From: an uncultured Clostridium sp. | Lineage (GTDB): Bacteria > Bacillota > Clostridia > TANB77 > CAG-508 | Length of the DNA: 64,000 nt | NCBI GenBank assembly: GCA_946500615.1 | Contig: CAMMWP010000002.1 | Coordinates: 109,124-173,123, forward strand | Direction of reading: 5' to 3' | In this document: positions 48,854 to 58,300 of the stretch, piece after piece | Numbering within the stretch: position 1 is the stretch's first letter | How the letters are laid out: every line of letters starts with the position of its first letter | Notes under the pieces: generated by a model | The model's database searches: none | The model's input: the letters and a program-made list of their open reading frames with translations, nothing else | Told to the model about the DNA's origin: nothing | Program-made: the position numbers and the translations under genes

Positions 48854-50611
48854 ATGAAAGCAATAGAGATTAGAAATAGATATTTAGAATTTTTTAAAAA
48901 ACATGGACATGTCGTTATACCATCAGCTTCATTAATACCAGAAAATGATCCATCTGTATTATTTACAACAGCAGGGATGCAACCATTAGTGCCATATTTG
49001 TTAGGAGAAAAACATCCAGAGGGAACAAGATTAACCGATTATCAAAAATGTGTAAGGACAAATGACATTGATGAAGTTGGAGATAATCGACATTTGACTT
49101 ATTTTGAAATGCTTGGAAATTGGTCATTGGGAGACTATTTTAAAGAAGAATCTATTAAAATGAGTTTTGAATTTTTAACAAAGGAACTACAAATACCAGT
49201 GGAAAAATTATCTGTAACTTGTTTTGCAGGAGACGAAGATTGTCCAAAAGATGAAGTTTCAGCAAAAGTATGGAAAGATGCAGGGATATTAGATGGCCAT
49301 ATTTATTTCTATGGAAAAGATGACAACTGGTGGATTGCAGGAGAAGAAGGCCCATGTGGACCAGATACAGAGATGTTTTATGATACAGGGAAACCTGCAT
49401 GTGGGCCAGATTGTCAACCTAGCTGTGATTGCGGTAAATATGTAGAAATTTGGAATAATGTATTTATGGAATATTACAAAGACAAAAATGGATATTCTAA
49501 ATTAAAACAACAAAATGTAGATACTGGTTTAGGGTTAGAAAGAATGACGATGTTATTACAAGGAAAAGAAACACCATTTGATACAGAATTATTCTTGCCA
49601 GTCATGGAAAAAGTACAAGAACTTCAAAAAGTAGATAATATAGAAAGTAGGAGAATTATTGCAGAACATTTACGTTCAAGTATGATGATCATTGCAGATG
49701 GCGGAAGACCAAGTAATATTGATAGAGGGTATGTACTAAGAAGATTAATTCGTAGAATGATTAGACACATGAATAAATTACAGATTGATTTATCAGAATT
49801 ATCTAATTTAATTGATATAAATGTAGACAATTTAAAAGAAATGTATCCAGAATTAGAACAAAATAGAGAAACTATTAAAAATGTTATCAATGAAGAAAAA
49901 GATAAATTTGTCAAAACATTAACACATGGAGAAAGAGAATTCCAAAAAGAAATGCAAAAAGCAAAAGAAAATGGAAAAAATGAAATAGATGCTAATATTG
50001 TATTTAGATTATATGATACATATGGATTTCCACCAGAAGTAACAAAGGAACTAGCAAAAGAAAATGACATGACAGTGGATTTAAAAGGTTTTGAAGAATT
50101 ATTTAAAGCACATCAAGAAAAATCAAGACAAGGAAGTACACAAAAATTCAAAGGTGGATTAGCTGATCAAAATGAAAAAACAATTTGCTATCATACAGCA
50201 ACACATTTACTACATCAAGCATTAAGAACCGTGTTAGGAGACCATGTAAAACAAAGTGGTTCTAACATTACAGAAGAAAGATTACGTTTTGATTTTACAC
50301 ATCCACAAAAGATGACAAAAGAAGAAATTCAAAAAGTAGAAGAGTTAGTAAATGAACAAATTCAAAGAGATTTACCAGTTACTTGTGAGGAAATGAATTA
50401 TGAGGATGCGAAAAAATCTGGAGCGATTGGATTATTTACAGATAAGTATGGAGATAAAGTAAAAGTATATACGATTGGAGATTTTAGTAAAGAGATTTGT
50501 GGAGGACCTCATGTTACTCATACAGGAGATATGGGAAGATTTAAAATAAAAAAAGAAGAATCTAGTTCATCAGGAATTAGAAGAATTAAAGCTGTTTTAA
50601 TAAAAGAATAA
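48854..50611 (+). CDS. alaS: alanine--tRNA ligase, short form (585 aa; catalytic, tRNA-recognition and editing domains, no C-Ala domain)
   Basis: FTTAGMQP, FEMLGNWSLGDYFK, editing motifs HTATH and CGGPH. TTGATT-17-TATAAT promoter upstream. Confidence 0.85.
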   Translation: MKAIEIRNRYLEFFKKHGHVVIPSASLIPENDPSVLFTTAGMQPLVPYLLGEKHPEGTRLTDYQKCVRTNDIDEVGDNRHLTYFEMLGNWSLGDYFKEESIKMSFEFLTKELQIPVEKLSVTCFAGDEDCPKDEVSAKVWKDAGILDGHIYFYGKDDNWWIAGEEGPCGPDTEMFYDTGKPACGPDCQPSCDCGKYVEIWNNVFMEYYKDKNGYSKLKQQNVDTGLGLERMTMLLQGKETPFDTELFLPVMEKVQELQKVDNIESRRIIAEHLRSSMMIIADGGRPSNIDRGYVLRRLIRRMIRHMNKLQIDLSELSNLIDINVDNLKEMYPELEQNRETIKNVINEEKDKFVKTLTHGEREFQKEMQKAKENGKNEIDANIVFRLYDTYGFPPEVTKELAKENDMTVDLKGFEELFKAHQEKSRQGSTQKFKGGLADQNEKTICYHTATHLLHQALRTVLGDHVKQSGSNITEERLRFDFTHPQKMTKEEIQKVEELVNEQIQRDLPVTCEEMNYEDAKKSGAIGLFTDKYGDKVKVYTIGDFSKEICGGPHVTHTGDMGRFKIKKEESSSSGIRRIKAVLIKE

Positions 50612-50786
50612 AATATACTATATGACTGCTCTCAGCTTGAAAGGTCTAGATGGTAACCTTAAAATAGATATGAAATGAGAGAATTGCATAAAAAGCCTTG
50701 ATTATCAAGGTTTTTTATGTTATACTATATAGTGTAAAGTTATTTTAAATAAAGAGGTGAGAAACTTAGAGATTCTAAGTATAAAT

Positions 50787-51158
50787 ATGAAAAGTGTAAA
50801 TGTTGAAAAAGAAAATATAAATGTAAGAGATATAATAAGAAATTTTTCTAAGTTCTGTAAGATGATTTGGGATGATGGTATTATTAACCTTATGGGTCTA
50901 GAACCAATTGGAGGAAAAAATAATAGCGAAGTAGCAATCGGAGTTTCTGAAGTAGAAGCAGCAGAATCAAAAAGTGTAGAAGAATTAGAAAAACGATTTG
51001 ATTATTCAAATGTTATGGAGACAGCAGAAAAAGAGAGTAAAAGCAAAAGAAAAAATAAAAGAAAGACATATTCTGAAGTTAGAACAGAAGTTACGAAATC
51101 AAATAGGGAAAATTCTGATACGAGAGTGCAAAATTCTAAAGGATATGAAAGAGATTAA
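50787..51158 (+). CDS. hypothetical protein with a K/R/E-rich C-terminus
   Basis: ORF only. Start uncertain: GTG 50757 lies inside the SD-like AAAGAGGTGA. Confidence 0.4.
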   Translation: MKSVNVEKENINVRDIIRNFSKFCKMIWDDGIINLMGLEPIGGKNNSEVAIGVSEVEAAESKSVEELEKRFDYSNVMETAEKESKSKRKNKRKTYSEVRTEVTKSNRENSDTRVQNSKGYERD

Positions 51159-51199
51159 TATAAAACATACAAGAATTTTAAAATTCTTGTATGTTTTAC

Positions 51200-51228
51200 T
51201 TGACAAAAGGAAAAACTACCAGTATAAT
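51200..51228 (+). promoter_or_regulatory. consensus sigma-A promoter for tRNA-Met
   Basis: TTGACA (51200-51205), 17-nt spacer, TATAAT (51223-51228), 20 nt before the tRNA 5' end. Confidence 0.75.
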
Positions 51229-51247
51229 AATACTTGCTTGGAAATAT

Positions 51248-51324
51248 GGCGAAGTAGCTCAGTTGGCTAGAGCATTCGGTTCATACCCGAAGGGTCATGT
51301 GTTCGAATCACATCTTCGCTACCA
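51248..51324 (+). tRNA. tRNA-Met (CAT anticodon, elongator type), CCA encoded
   Basis: Manual cloverleaf. Acceptor GGCGAAG/CTTCGCT, D arm GCTC/GAGC, anticodon stem TTCGG/CCGAA with loop TTCATAC, T arm ATGTG-TTCGAAT-CACAT, then ACCA. It lacks the three G-C pairs of an initiator anticodon stem. Confidence 0.9.
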
Positions 51325-51336
51325 AAATATTACACA

Positions 51337-51387
51337 ATGCTAAAAACAAGGTATTTCAAAGAGTTTGAAATACCTTGTTTTTAGCAT
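51337..51387 (+). terminator. terminator after tRNA-Met
   Basis: 24-bp perfect inverted repeat ATGCTAAAAACAAGGTATTTCAAA / TTTGAAATACCTTGTTTTTAGCAT with an internal T-run. Confidence 0.75.
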
Positions 51388-51549
51388 TGAATAGGAAAAA
51401 TCGAGTTTTCCTATACAAGAACATCGTTTCGATCTAACAATTGCAGTCATGATAACAGTAGTAGTAACATTTATTTTAGTAAAAGTCAGACTAAAGTAGA
51501 AAATGTCAAATATCTGGATAAAATCATATAATATAAAGAAGTGTGAAAA

Positions 51550-51842
51550 ATGACAATAGAAATGTTTTTAGCATTGCTACTTGGTCTATCTACGCTATCA
51601 AGTTTGATAACAGAGGTGATAAAAAGATATTCAATACAGTTGGAAATATAATAAGTTTTATTGCAGCCATAATTGTTGGCTTAGCAGGAACATGAATATA
51701 GTATCAATTAGGAGGCATAGATTTCACATTTAATAATGTAATCTATGCTATTTTGATGGGCGTAGCTTCTAGTTTGGTTAATTCAGTAGGATACAATAAA
51801 ATCAAAGAAGCTATACAAAAAAATTTTAATATAGGAGGATAA
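51550..51842 (+). pseudogene. phage holin-like gene, decayed (one frameshift, two in-frame stops)
   Basis: MTIEMFLALLLGLSTLSSLITEVIK..., then a frameshift at the A5 run 51621-51625. It continues NIISFIAAIIVGLAGT with TGA at 51693 and TAG at 51699, then YQLGGIDF...VGYNKIKEAIQ. Confidence 0.7.
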
Positions 51843-51845
51843 AAA

Positions 51846-53345
51846 GTGCGAAAATTAAAGTATATAATATTGCCAATATTAGCAATTGTCATGTGTGGAT
51901 TGGGCATTTATTTTGGGGTTTTAAAGCAAAAAGAAACAATAGAGGGATTAACAGAAGAAAAGACAATACAAATGTATGAAATGTCGAAAGAAGATATTGA
52001 GGAATTACCTTCTAAGGAAATTGTTGAACAGACAGAAGAAGACGAGCAAGAAGTATCAGCAGAGCAAGATGTTGAAAATGAAGAGTTTAAATTGCAAGGC
52101 GAAATAGCATATAATGGAACAACAGAATATCCGAAAGTTTCTTTAGGAAACTATGTAGGATTAACGTATTACAATCAGACAGACAGTAGATGGAGAAATC
52201 ACAGATATAGTTCTATTGGAGATTTGAACCAAACAATAGGAACAAGTGGTTGTGGCCCAACCGCTACAGCAATGATAGTAACTGCCATAAAAGGGACAAT
52301 AACACCTCCAGAAATGGGAGATTTATTTGTTCAATATGGCTATCGTTCTGCAAACAACGGAACGTATTGGTCAGCATTTAGGTGGGTGGCAGATGTATTC
52401 GACATAGGATATCAAGAATGTTCTAGTTTAGATACAGCTGTAGATCTAGTGAGAAATAATAATTATGTCATAGTTTCTGTAGGAAATGGTTTATTTACTA
52501 CTGGAGGACATTTTATAGTTATAGTCGGAATAGAAGGTAATACTTTAAAAATTTATGACCCATACTTGTATTCTGGAAAATTTGATACTTCTACTCGTAG
52601 AGGAAAAGTAACAGTTAGTGGAAATACTGTTTATTGTAGTATAGAAAACTTTAGAAATTATGCAAATTATAAAGGATTTTTCGCTTACAAACATGACGGA
52701 AACGTACAAGAAAATACAGGCAATGTAACAACTTCGACTTACACTAGATATGTTAATACAAGTAGCAAAAATTTAAATGTAAGAAGTGGAGCAGGAACAA
52801 ACTACAGTGTGATAGGAAGTTTAGAAAAAGGAACACAAGTAACAGTGTTAGAAACAAATGGTTCATGGTCTAGAATTGCAAAACCAATAAGTGGTTGGGT
52901 AAATTCTTCTTATTTAGATTCTAGTTATGTAGGTACTAGCACATCTAATACAGTAGGTCAAACAAGAAAAATAAAAGCATGTTATTTATATTCTAATACT
53001 AATTTGACAGGGACTAGATACACATATAAAGCCAATACAACAGTAACAATATTGTCTAATGTATCTTCTGATGTAGACAGAGTAAGGGTAAATGTAACTG
53101 GAAGAATAGCATATATAAATACAAATAACTATACAACTTCTATAAGTTCTAACACAACAGGGCAATATAAGAGACTAGCAAGTAAAACGTATCTATATGC
53201 TAATAGTAATTTAAAAGGAACAAGATACACTTATTTACCTCAAACACAAGTAAAAATAATAAAAAATGTATCAAGTGAGGTAGATTATGTCTATGTTGTT
53301 AAAACTGGTAGATATGCATATGTAAGAAATAATGTTTACAAATAA
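51846..53345 (+). CDS. membrane-anchored cell-wall hydrolase: C39-like cysteine peptidase domain, SH3b domain and two C-terminal ~60-aa repeats (endolysin-derived)
   Basis: N-terminal TM; GTSGCGPTATAMIV (Cys) and GGHFIVIVG (His); SH3b NVRSGAGTNYSVIGSLEKGTQVTVLE..GWV; tandem repeat YLY.N.NL.GTRYTY. Confidence 0.7.
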   Translation: MRKLKYIILPILAIVMCGLGIYFGVLKQKETIEGLTEEKTIQMYEMSKEDIEELPSKEIVEQTEEDEQEVSAEQDVENEEFKLQGEIAYNGTTEYPKVSLGNYVGLTYYNQTDSRWRNHRYSSIGDLNQTIGTSGCGPTATAMIVTAIKGTITPPEMGDLFVQYGYRSANNGTYWSAFRWVADVFDIGYQECSSLDTAVDLVRNNNYVIVSVGNGLFTTGGHFIVIVGIEGNTLKIYDPYLYSGKFDTSTRRGKVTVSGNTVYCSIENFRNYANYKGFFAYKHDGNVQENTGNVTTSTYTRYVNTSSKNLNVRSGAGTNYSVIGSLEKGTQVTVLETNGSWSRIAKPISGWVNSSYLDSSYVGTSTSNTVGQTRKIKACYLYSNTNLTGTRYTYKANTTVTILSNVSSDVDRVRVNVTGRIAYINTNNYTTSISSNTTGQYKRLASKTYLYANSNLKGTRYTYLPQTQVKIIKNVSSEVDYVYVVKTGRYAYVRNNVYK

Positions 53346-53494
53346 AATAAAAGAGCTAGATAAGTATATTAAAAAATAAAAGGATATCAAATAAAAATAG
53401 GTAGTATGAAACCTACCTATTTTTGTCTGTATGTAAGCTTCCGGCATAGACGGAGCATGGTTACTATAGAAAATTATACAATGATATTATAGAT

Positions 53495-54034
53495 CTATTT
53501 ATCTTCAAATAAAATACTCAGAATATTTGGATAAATTGTATTGGCATGGTTTTTCCAATTTTCAACAATCTTTTTAGCCCTATCTCTTGAGCCAGCATAT
53601 GTTTTTACCTCAAAAATTGTCTCGTTATTTTCTACAATTTTCAAAGTTACTGTATAATTGTTTTCATCCTTAGGGGTAAATTCAGCAATAACAGAAGAAG
53701 CTTCTTCAATATTAGAAAACTCTTTTTTAAAAATATTATCTGCTTTTAATTTTAACAATCCGGGCATAACATCTTTGGTCAATGTATATGCATTTTTTCC
53801 TTCACTAGTAATTCTTAATACTTGTTCATCTTCTTTTGTATATACACCTACTAGCTTTGAATCTATTAAATCTGTCAAGATTTGTTTAAAATAAAAGTAA
53901 TTTATATTATTAATAGAAGAAATAATTTTAAACAAACCATCTTGTACAATATCTCCATCAATTAGATTTAAGATATAAAGAATTAACACTTTATTTTCAG
54001 CCAAAGTAGTAGTATTATTTGAATTTGAACTCAT
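53495..54034 (-). CDS. DUF4364-family protein (putative winged-helix regulator)
   Basis: ENKVLILYILNLI...FYFKQILTDLIDSKLV pattern. ATG 54034 with SD AAGGAG 8 nt upstream. Confidence 0.5.
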   Translation of the reverse strand: MSSNSNNTTTLAENKVLILYILNLIDGDIVQDGLFKIISSINNINYFYFKQILTDLIDSKLVGVYTKEDEQVLRITSEGKNAYTLTKDVMPGLLKLKADNIFKKEFSNIEEASSVIAEFTPKDENNYTVTLKIVENNETIFEVKTYAGSRDRAKKIVENWKNHANTIYPNILSILFEDK

Positions 54035-54175
54035 AAATAGCACTCCTTACTTTGATTATTTGCTAAATTATATCATAACAAAGAAAAAAAGTAAAATAAA
54101 TTATATAAAAAATCTTTAAATTTAGAGAAAAAAGTAGTATACTATTGTAGGAATTTTAAGAAAGGAAGGAAAAAT

Positions 54176-55132
54176 ATGAAAAAAGGAAAAGTAGTTCTAG
54201 TAGGAACAGGATTTGTAGGAATGAGTATGGCATACTCAATGTTAAACAGAGGAGGAATACAAGAACTTATATTAATAGATATTGATAAAAATAAAACAAT
54301 AGGAGAAGAAATGGATTTATCTCATGGATTACCATATGCACCACAAAAAATGATTATTAAAGCAGGAGATTATGATGAATGTAAAGATGCACAAATAGTG
54401 GTCATCACTGCTGGCATTGCACAAAAACCGGGACAAACAAGATTAGAATTAGCACAAATAAATGCAAAAATCATGAAAGATATAACCAAAAGTATTATGG
54501 CAAGTGGATTCAATGGAATCATTGTTGTAGCAAGTAACCCAGTAGATTTAATGACATATGTAGTATTTAAAGTATCTGGTTTGCCAAAAAATCAAGTCAT
54601 TGGTTCAGGAACTGTTTTAGATACCGCAAGATTGAGATATATGGTTGGTCAGTATCTAAAAATCTCAAGTAAAAACATACATGCATACATTATGGGAGAA
54701 CATGGAGACTCTTCATTTGTTCCTTGGGAACATTGCTATGTGGGATGTAAAAAGATTATAGATGTCATGAAAGATAATAACCATCCAATGGAAAAACTAA
54801 ATAAGATACATGAAGATGTTGTGAATGTTGCTTATGAAATTATCGAAAAGAAAAGAGCAACATATTATGGAATAGGAATGGCGTTAAATAGATTAGTAAG
54901 AGCAATTTTAGATGACGAAAATGCAATATTAACTGTATCAACATATTTAGATCATGCATATGGACAAGATGACATTTATATTGGTGTTCCAGCAATTATA
55001 AACAAAACAGGTGTAAGAGAATTGGTAAATCTAGAATTGAGTGAAAAAGACCAAGAAAAATTAAATAATAGTTGTAAAGTGATAAAAGAAATGAGAGAGC
55101 AATCAATAGAACAAATCATTAATGAAAAATAA
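54176..55132 (+). CDS. ldh: L-lactate dehydrogenase
   Basis: VVLVGTGFVG Rossmann motif, ITAGIAQKPGQTR, GEHGDS. Confidence 0.9.
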   Translation: MKKGKVVLVGTGFVGMSMAYSMLNRGGIQELILIDIDKNKTIGEEMDLSHGLPYAPQKMIIKAGDYDECKDAQIVVITAGIAQKPGQTRLELAQINAKIMKDITKSIMASGFNGIIVVASNPVDLMTYVVFKVSGLPKNQVIGSGTVLDTARLRYMVGQYLKISSKNIHAYIMGEHGDSSFVPWEHCYVGCKKIIDVMKDNNHPMEKLNKIHEDVVNVAYEIIEKKRATYYGIGMALNRLVRAILDDENAILTVSTYLDHAYGQDDIYIGVPAIINKTGVRELVNLELSEKDQEKLNNSCKVIKEMREQSIEQIINEK

Positions 55133-55290
55133 TTTATGCGAAATATTTGCATTTTAAAAAAATATATGTTAAAATAGCAACATATATTTTGAGATATAAA
55201 ACTGATAAAAGACTGAATGAATGAGTATTTATGTTAGCTTGGAAAATTAACAGTAATTTCAGTCAGACAAGAGAAAGGAATGAAATCAAT

Positions 55291-55539
55291 ATGGAAATCG
55301 CAAAATGGATATTAGTTGTAATCTATTTTATTGTAGCATTAGCTGTTATTATATTAGCATTAATACAATCAAAAGAAGATGCAGGACTATCTTCAACAAT
55401 TACAGGTTCATCAACAAATAATTTCTTTGAAAAAAATAAAAGTAGAACAAAAGAAGGAAAACAAAAAAGATGGACAGTGATATTGTCAATTGTGTTTGCA
55501 ATACTAACAATTGTATTAGGAATTTTATATATGGCATAA
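55291..55539 (+). CDS. secG: preprotein translocase subunit SecG
   Basis: Two-TM 82-aa protein, LIQSKEDAGLSS loop, conserved position upstream of rnr. Confidence 0.75.
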   Translation: MEIAKWILVVIYFIVALAVIILALIQSKEDAGLSSTITGSSTNNFFEKNKSRTKEGKQKRWTVILSIVFAILTIVLGILYMA

Positions 55540-55613
55540 ACTAAAAAGGGATTTTGGGCACGCACTCATTTTTCCCTTTTTTTGGTATCTGTCTCAAAAA
55601 GAAAGGAATTCGA

Positions 55614-57824
55614 ATGGAAGAACAGGAACTGAAAGTTTTAAATTTAATAAAAGATAAAGATTATGCACCAATGAAAGCAAAAGAAATTGCTATGATGATG
55701 CATGTACCAAAAAGTGAATATAATGAACTTTTAAGAATATTAGGAAAGTTAGAAATGGAATTAAAAATCCAAAAGAACAGAAAAAATCAATATAGAGCAG
55801 TGGATGAAGTTTATTATGATGGGATTTATAGAAAAAACCAGAAAGGATTTGGATTTGTAAAAATAGAAGATCAAGAAGATGAAATCTATATTGCAAAAGA
55901 AAATTCAAAAAATGCTTTAAATGGCGACAGAGTGTTAATAGAAATTATTGAAGGAAAAAATAAGGTAAAAAAAGCAGAAGGTAAAGTTGTAAAAATATTA
56001 AAGCATGAAAAAGATACCATTGTAGGAAGATTTGAAATTAATAAAAATTTTGGATTTGTTGTACCAGATGATAAGAACTTTGGAACAGATATTTTCATTT
56101 CTAAAAAGAATTTTGGAAAAGCTAGAAACAACCATAAAGTATTAGTAAAAATTATCAAATATCCCGAAAAAGGAAAAAAAGCAGAGGGAAAAGTGATAGA
56201 GGTATTAGGAAATGTCAATGAAGCAGGTGTTGATATGTTATCTTTAATAAAAGAGCATCATTTACCATCAACATTTCCAGAGCCAGTTGTGGAAGAAGCG
56301 AAAAAATGTGGAAATCAAATTGATGAAACAGATATTATAAACAGAAGAGATCTAAGAAAAGATATCATTTTTACCATTGATGGAGAAGATGCAAAAGATT
56401 TAGATGATGCAGTAAAGGTAACAAAATTAGCAAATGGAAATTATCGATTAGATGTCCATATTGCAGATGTTAGTCACTATGTAAAACCAAATAGTTTATT
56501 AGACCAAGAAGCTTTACTAAGAGGAACAAGCATCTACATGCTAGGTAGAGTGATTCCAATGTTACCAAGAGAATTATCCAATGGGATTTGTAGTTTAAAT
56601 GCAGGAGAAGACAGATTTACATTGTCTTGTAGTATGGAAATCAATTCAAAAGGAGAGGTTATTTCATCAGATGTGTATAAAGCAGTTATTAATGTGACAG
56701 AAAGAATGACTTATACAAATGTGCAGAAGATATTGGACTATGTAAATACAAATAGACAAGAAATATCAAACAGTACAGATTTAGAGGGAATAAAAACGAT
56801 TGATAGTATAGAGGAAGAAATGATTAATCGATATAAACCATATATTTCTGAATTTAAATTAATGGAAGAATTGGCATTAATTTTAAAACACAAACGATTA
56901 GAACAAGGATATTTAAATCTAGATATTCCAGAAAGTAAAATTGAATTAGATATAGACGGAAGGGTTACCAATATCAGAAAATATGAAACCAATTTTGCTA
57001 ATGAAATCATAGAACAATTTATGCTTACAGCCAATGAAACGATTGCAGAAAAATTTTTCTGGCTAGATGCACCATTTATATATCGTGTACATGAAAAGCC
57101 AGATTATGAAAAGGTTCAAGAACTGAATAAATTTTTATTTAATTTTGGGTTAAAGATTAAAGCAAATAAAGACAATATATATCCGAAAGAATTTGCGAAA
57201 ATTCTAGAAGAAGTAAAAGGGAAAGATGAAGAAAAAGTAATTTCTAATTTGGTTTTAAGAACCCTAAAAGTAGCAAGATATGAAGCAGAAAATCAAGGAC
57301 ATTTTGGAATTGCTAGCAAATATTATTGTCACTTTACATCTCCAATTAGAAGGTATCCAGATTTATTTATTCACAGAATTATTTCAGAATATTTAAAGGA
57401 TAATTATGATGTAGGAGAAAAATTTATAGAGGAATATAAAAAACAAGCAGATGAAAGAGCAAAACAATCTTCAGAAAGAGAAAATATTGCGACAAAAGTG
57501 GAAAGGGAAAGTGAAGATATCAAAAAGGCAGAATATATGGAAGGAAAGATTGGAGAAGAATATGAAGGAATGATTTCTTCAGTAACATCTTTTGGTATTT
57601 TTGTAGAATTGGAAAATACAGTAGAAGGGCTGATTCGATTTGAAGATTTAGGAGATGAATATTTTATTTATGACGAAGAAAGAAAAAGGTTAATTGGTGA
57701 ACATACCAAAAAAACTTATAAAATAGGAGACAAAATCAAAATTAAAGTAAAAGATGCAAGCAAATTAATGAGAACAATTGATTTTGTGTCAATGGGCACG
57801 GAGAGGATTGACACAATTTTATAA
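55614..57824 (+). CDS. rnr: ribonuclease R
   Basis: Cold-shock-like domains, RNB domain (TIDGEDAKDLDDAV, HFTSPIRRYPD) and a C-terminal S1 domain. ATG 55614 with SD AAAGGA. Confidence 0.92.
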   Translation: MEEQELKVLNLIKDKDYAPMKAKEIAMMMHVPKSEYNELLRILGKLEMELKIQKNRKNQYRAVDEVYYDGIYRKNQKGFGFVKIEDQEDEIYIAKENSKNALNGDRVLIEIIEGKNKVKKAEGKVVKILKHEKDTIVGRFEINKNFGFVVPDDKNFGTDIFISKKNFGKARNNHKVLVKIIKYPEKGKKAEGKVIEVLGNVNEAGVDMLSLIKEHHLPSTFPEPVVEEAKKCGNQIDETDIINRRDLRKDIIFTIDGEDAKDLDDAVKVTKLANGNYRLDVHIADVSHYVKPNSLLDQEALLRGTSIYMLGRVIPMLPRELSNGICSLNAGEDRFTLSCSMEINSKGEVISSDVYKAVINVTERMTYTNVQKILDYVNTNRQEISNSTDLEGIKTIDSIEEEMINRYKPYISEFKLMEELALILKHKRLEQGYLNLDIPESKIELDIDGRVTNIRKYETNFANEIIEQFMLTANETIAEKFFWLDAPFIYRVHEKPDYEKVQELNKFLFNFGLKIKANKDNIYPKEFAKILEEVKGKDEEKVISNLVLRTLKVARYEAENQGHFGIASKYYCHFTSPIRRYPDLFIHRIISEYLKDNYDVGEKFIEEYKKQADERAKQSSERENIATKVERESEDIKKAEYMEGKIGEEYEGMISSVTSFGIFVELENTVEGLIRFEDLGDEYFIYDEERKRLIGEHTKKTYKIGDKIKIKVKDASKLMRTIDFVSMGTERIDTIL

Positions 57825-57866
57825 GTCTACAGTAGATATTTCCTGTAGCAGGTTGAGTGATTTTTT

Positions 57867-58063
57867 GTTTCTGTTCAGTGTTTAGTTCTCTGGAGGTATA
57901 TATATTATATTTTAAGCGGATTTCGGGGGGACCGACACGCTACATACTCTTATTAAATCAGTGACAGTTCCGTGGGAGCTGATTTCATTAGAGTATGTAA
58001 AGTGTTGGGATAGCGAAAAATATAATATATATACCTCCAGAGAACTAAACACTGAACAGAAAC
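57867..58063. repeat. long-hairpin element C (47-nt perfect arms, 103-nt partly self-complementary core)
   Basis: 57867-57913 is the exact reverse complement of 58017-58063. Inner arm ends (GGTATAT...TTTT then AAG) resemble family B. Confidence 0.85.
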
Positions 58064-58107
58064 ATTTTTTTTAAAAATTGTGCAAAATATCTCTGTTTCC
58101 ATAGACA

Positions 58108-58284
58108 TTAAGTTATGCATATAGATACAATGCTTAGTATAATAGAAAATAAAGAAAAAACAATCACAAAGACGCCACCAAATTTATTTTTATTTTTATA
58201 TTCATAGATCCCATAACTAATGGATTCTTTTAAAACATATAAGCAAAAAAACAGAAAAAGAACAAACTCTAAATAACTAATCAT
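58108..58284 (-). CDS. small two-TM protein (58 aa) encoded directly after gerAC; candidate germinant-receptor D-type subunit; not in the ORF track
   Basis: MISYLEFVLFLFFCLYVLKESISYGIYEYKNKNKFGGVFVIVFSLFSIILSIVSICIT. SD GGGAGG 5 nt upstream; ATG 17 nt after the gerAC stop. Confidence 0.6.
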   Translation of the reverse strand: MISYLEFVLFLFFCLYVLKESISYGIYEYKNKNKFGGVFVIVFSLFSIILSIVSICIT

Positions 58285-58300
58285 AAATACCTCCCAAATA

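Noticed and set aside
50998-51270. 90-aa ORF overlapping the end of the hypothetical gene and the tRNA-Met
   Set aside because: It runs through the terminator, the promoter and the 5' part of the tRNA gene, and it is an alternative frame of the K/R-rich ORF. It has no SD.
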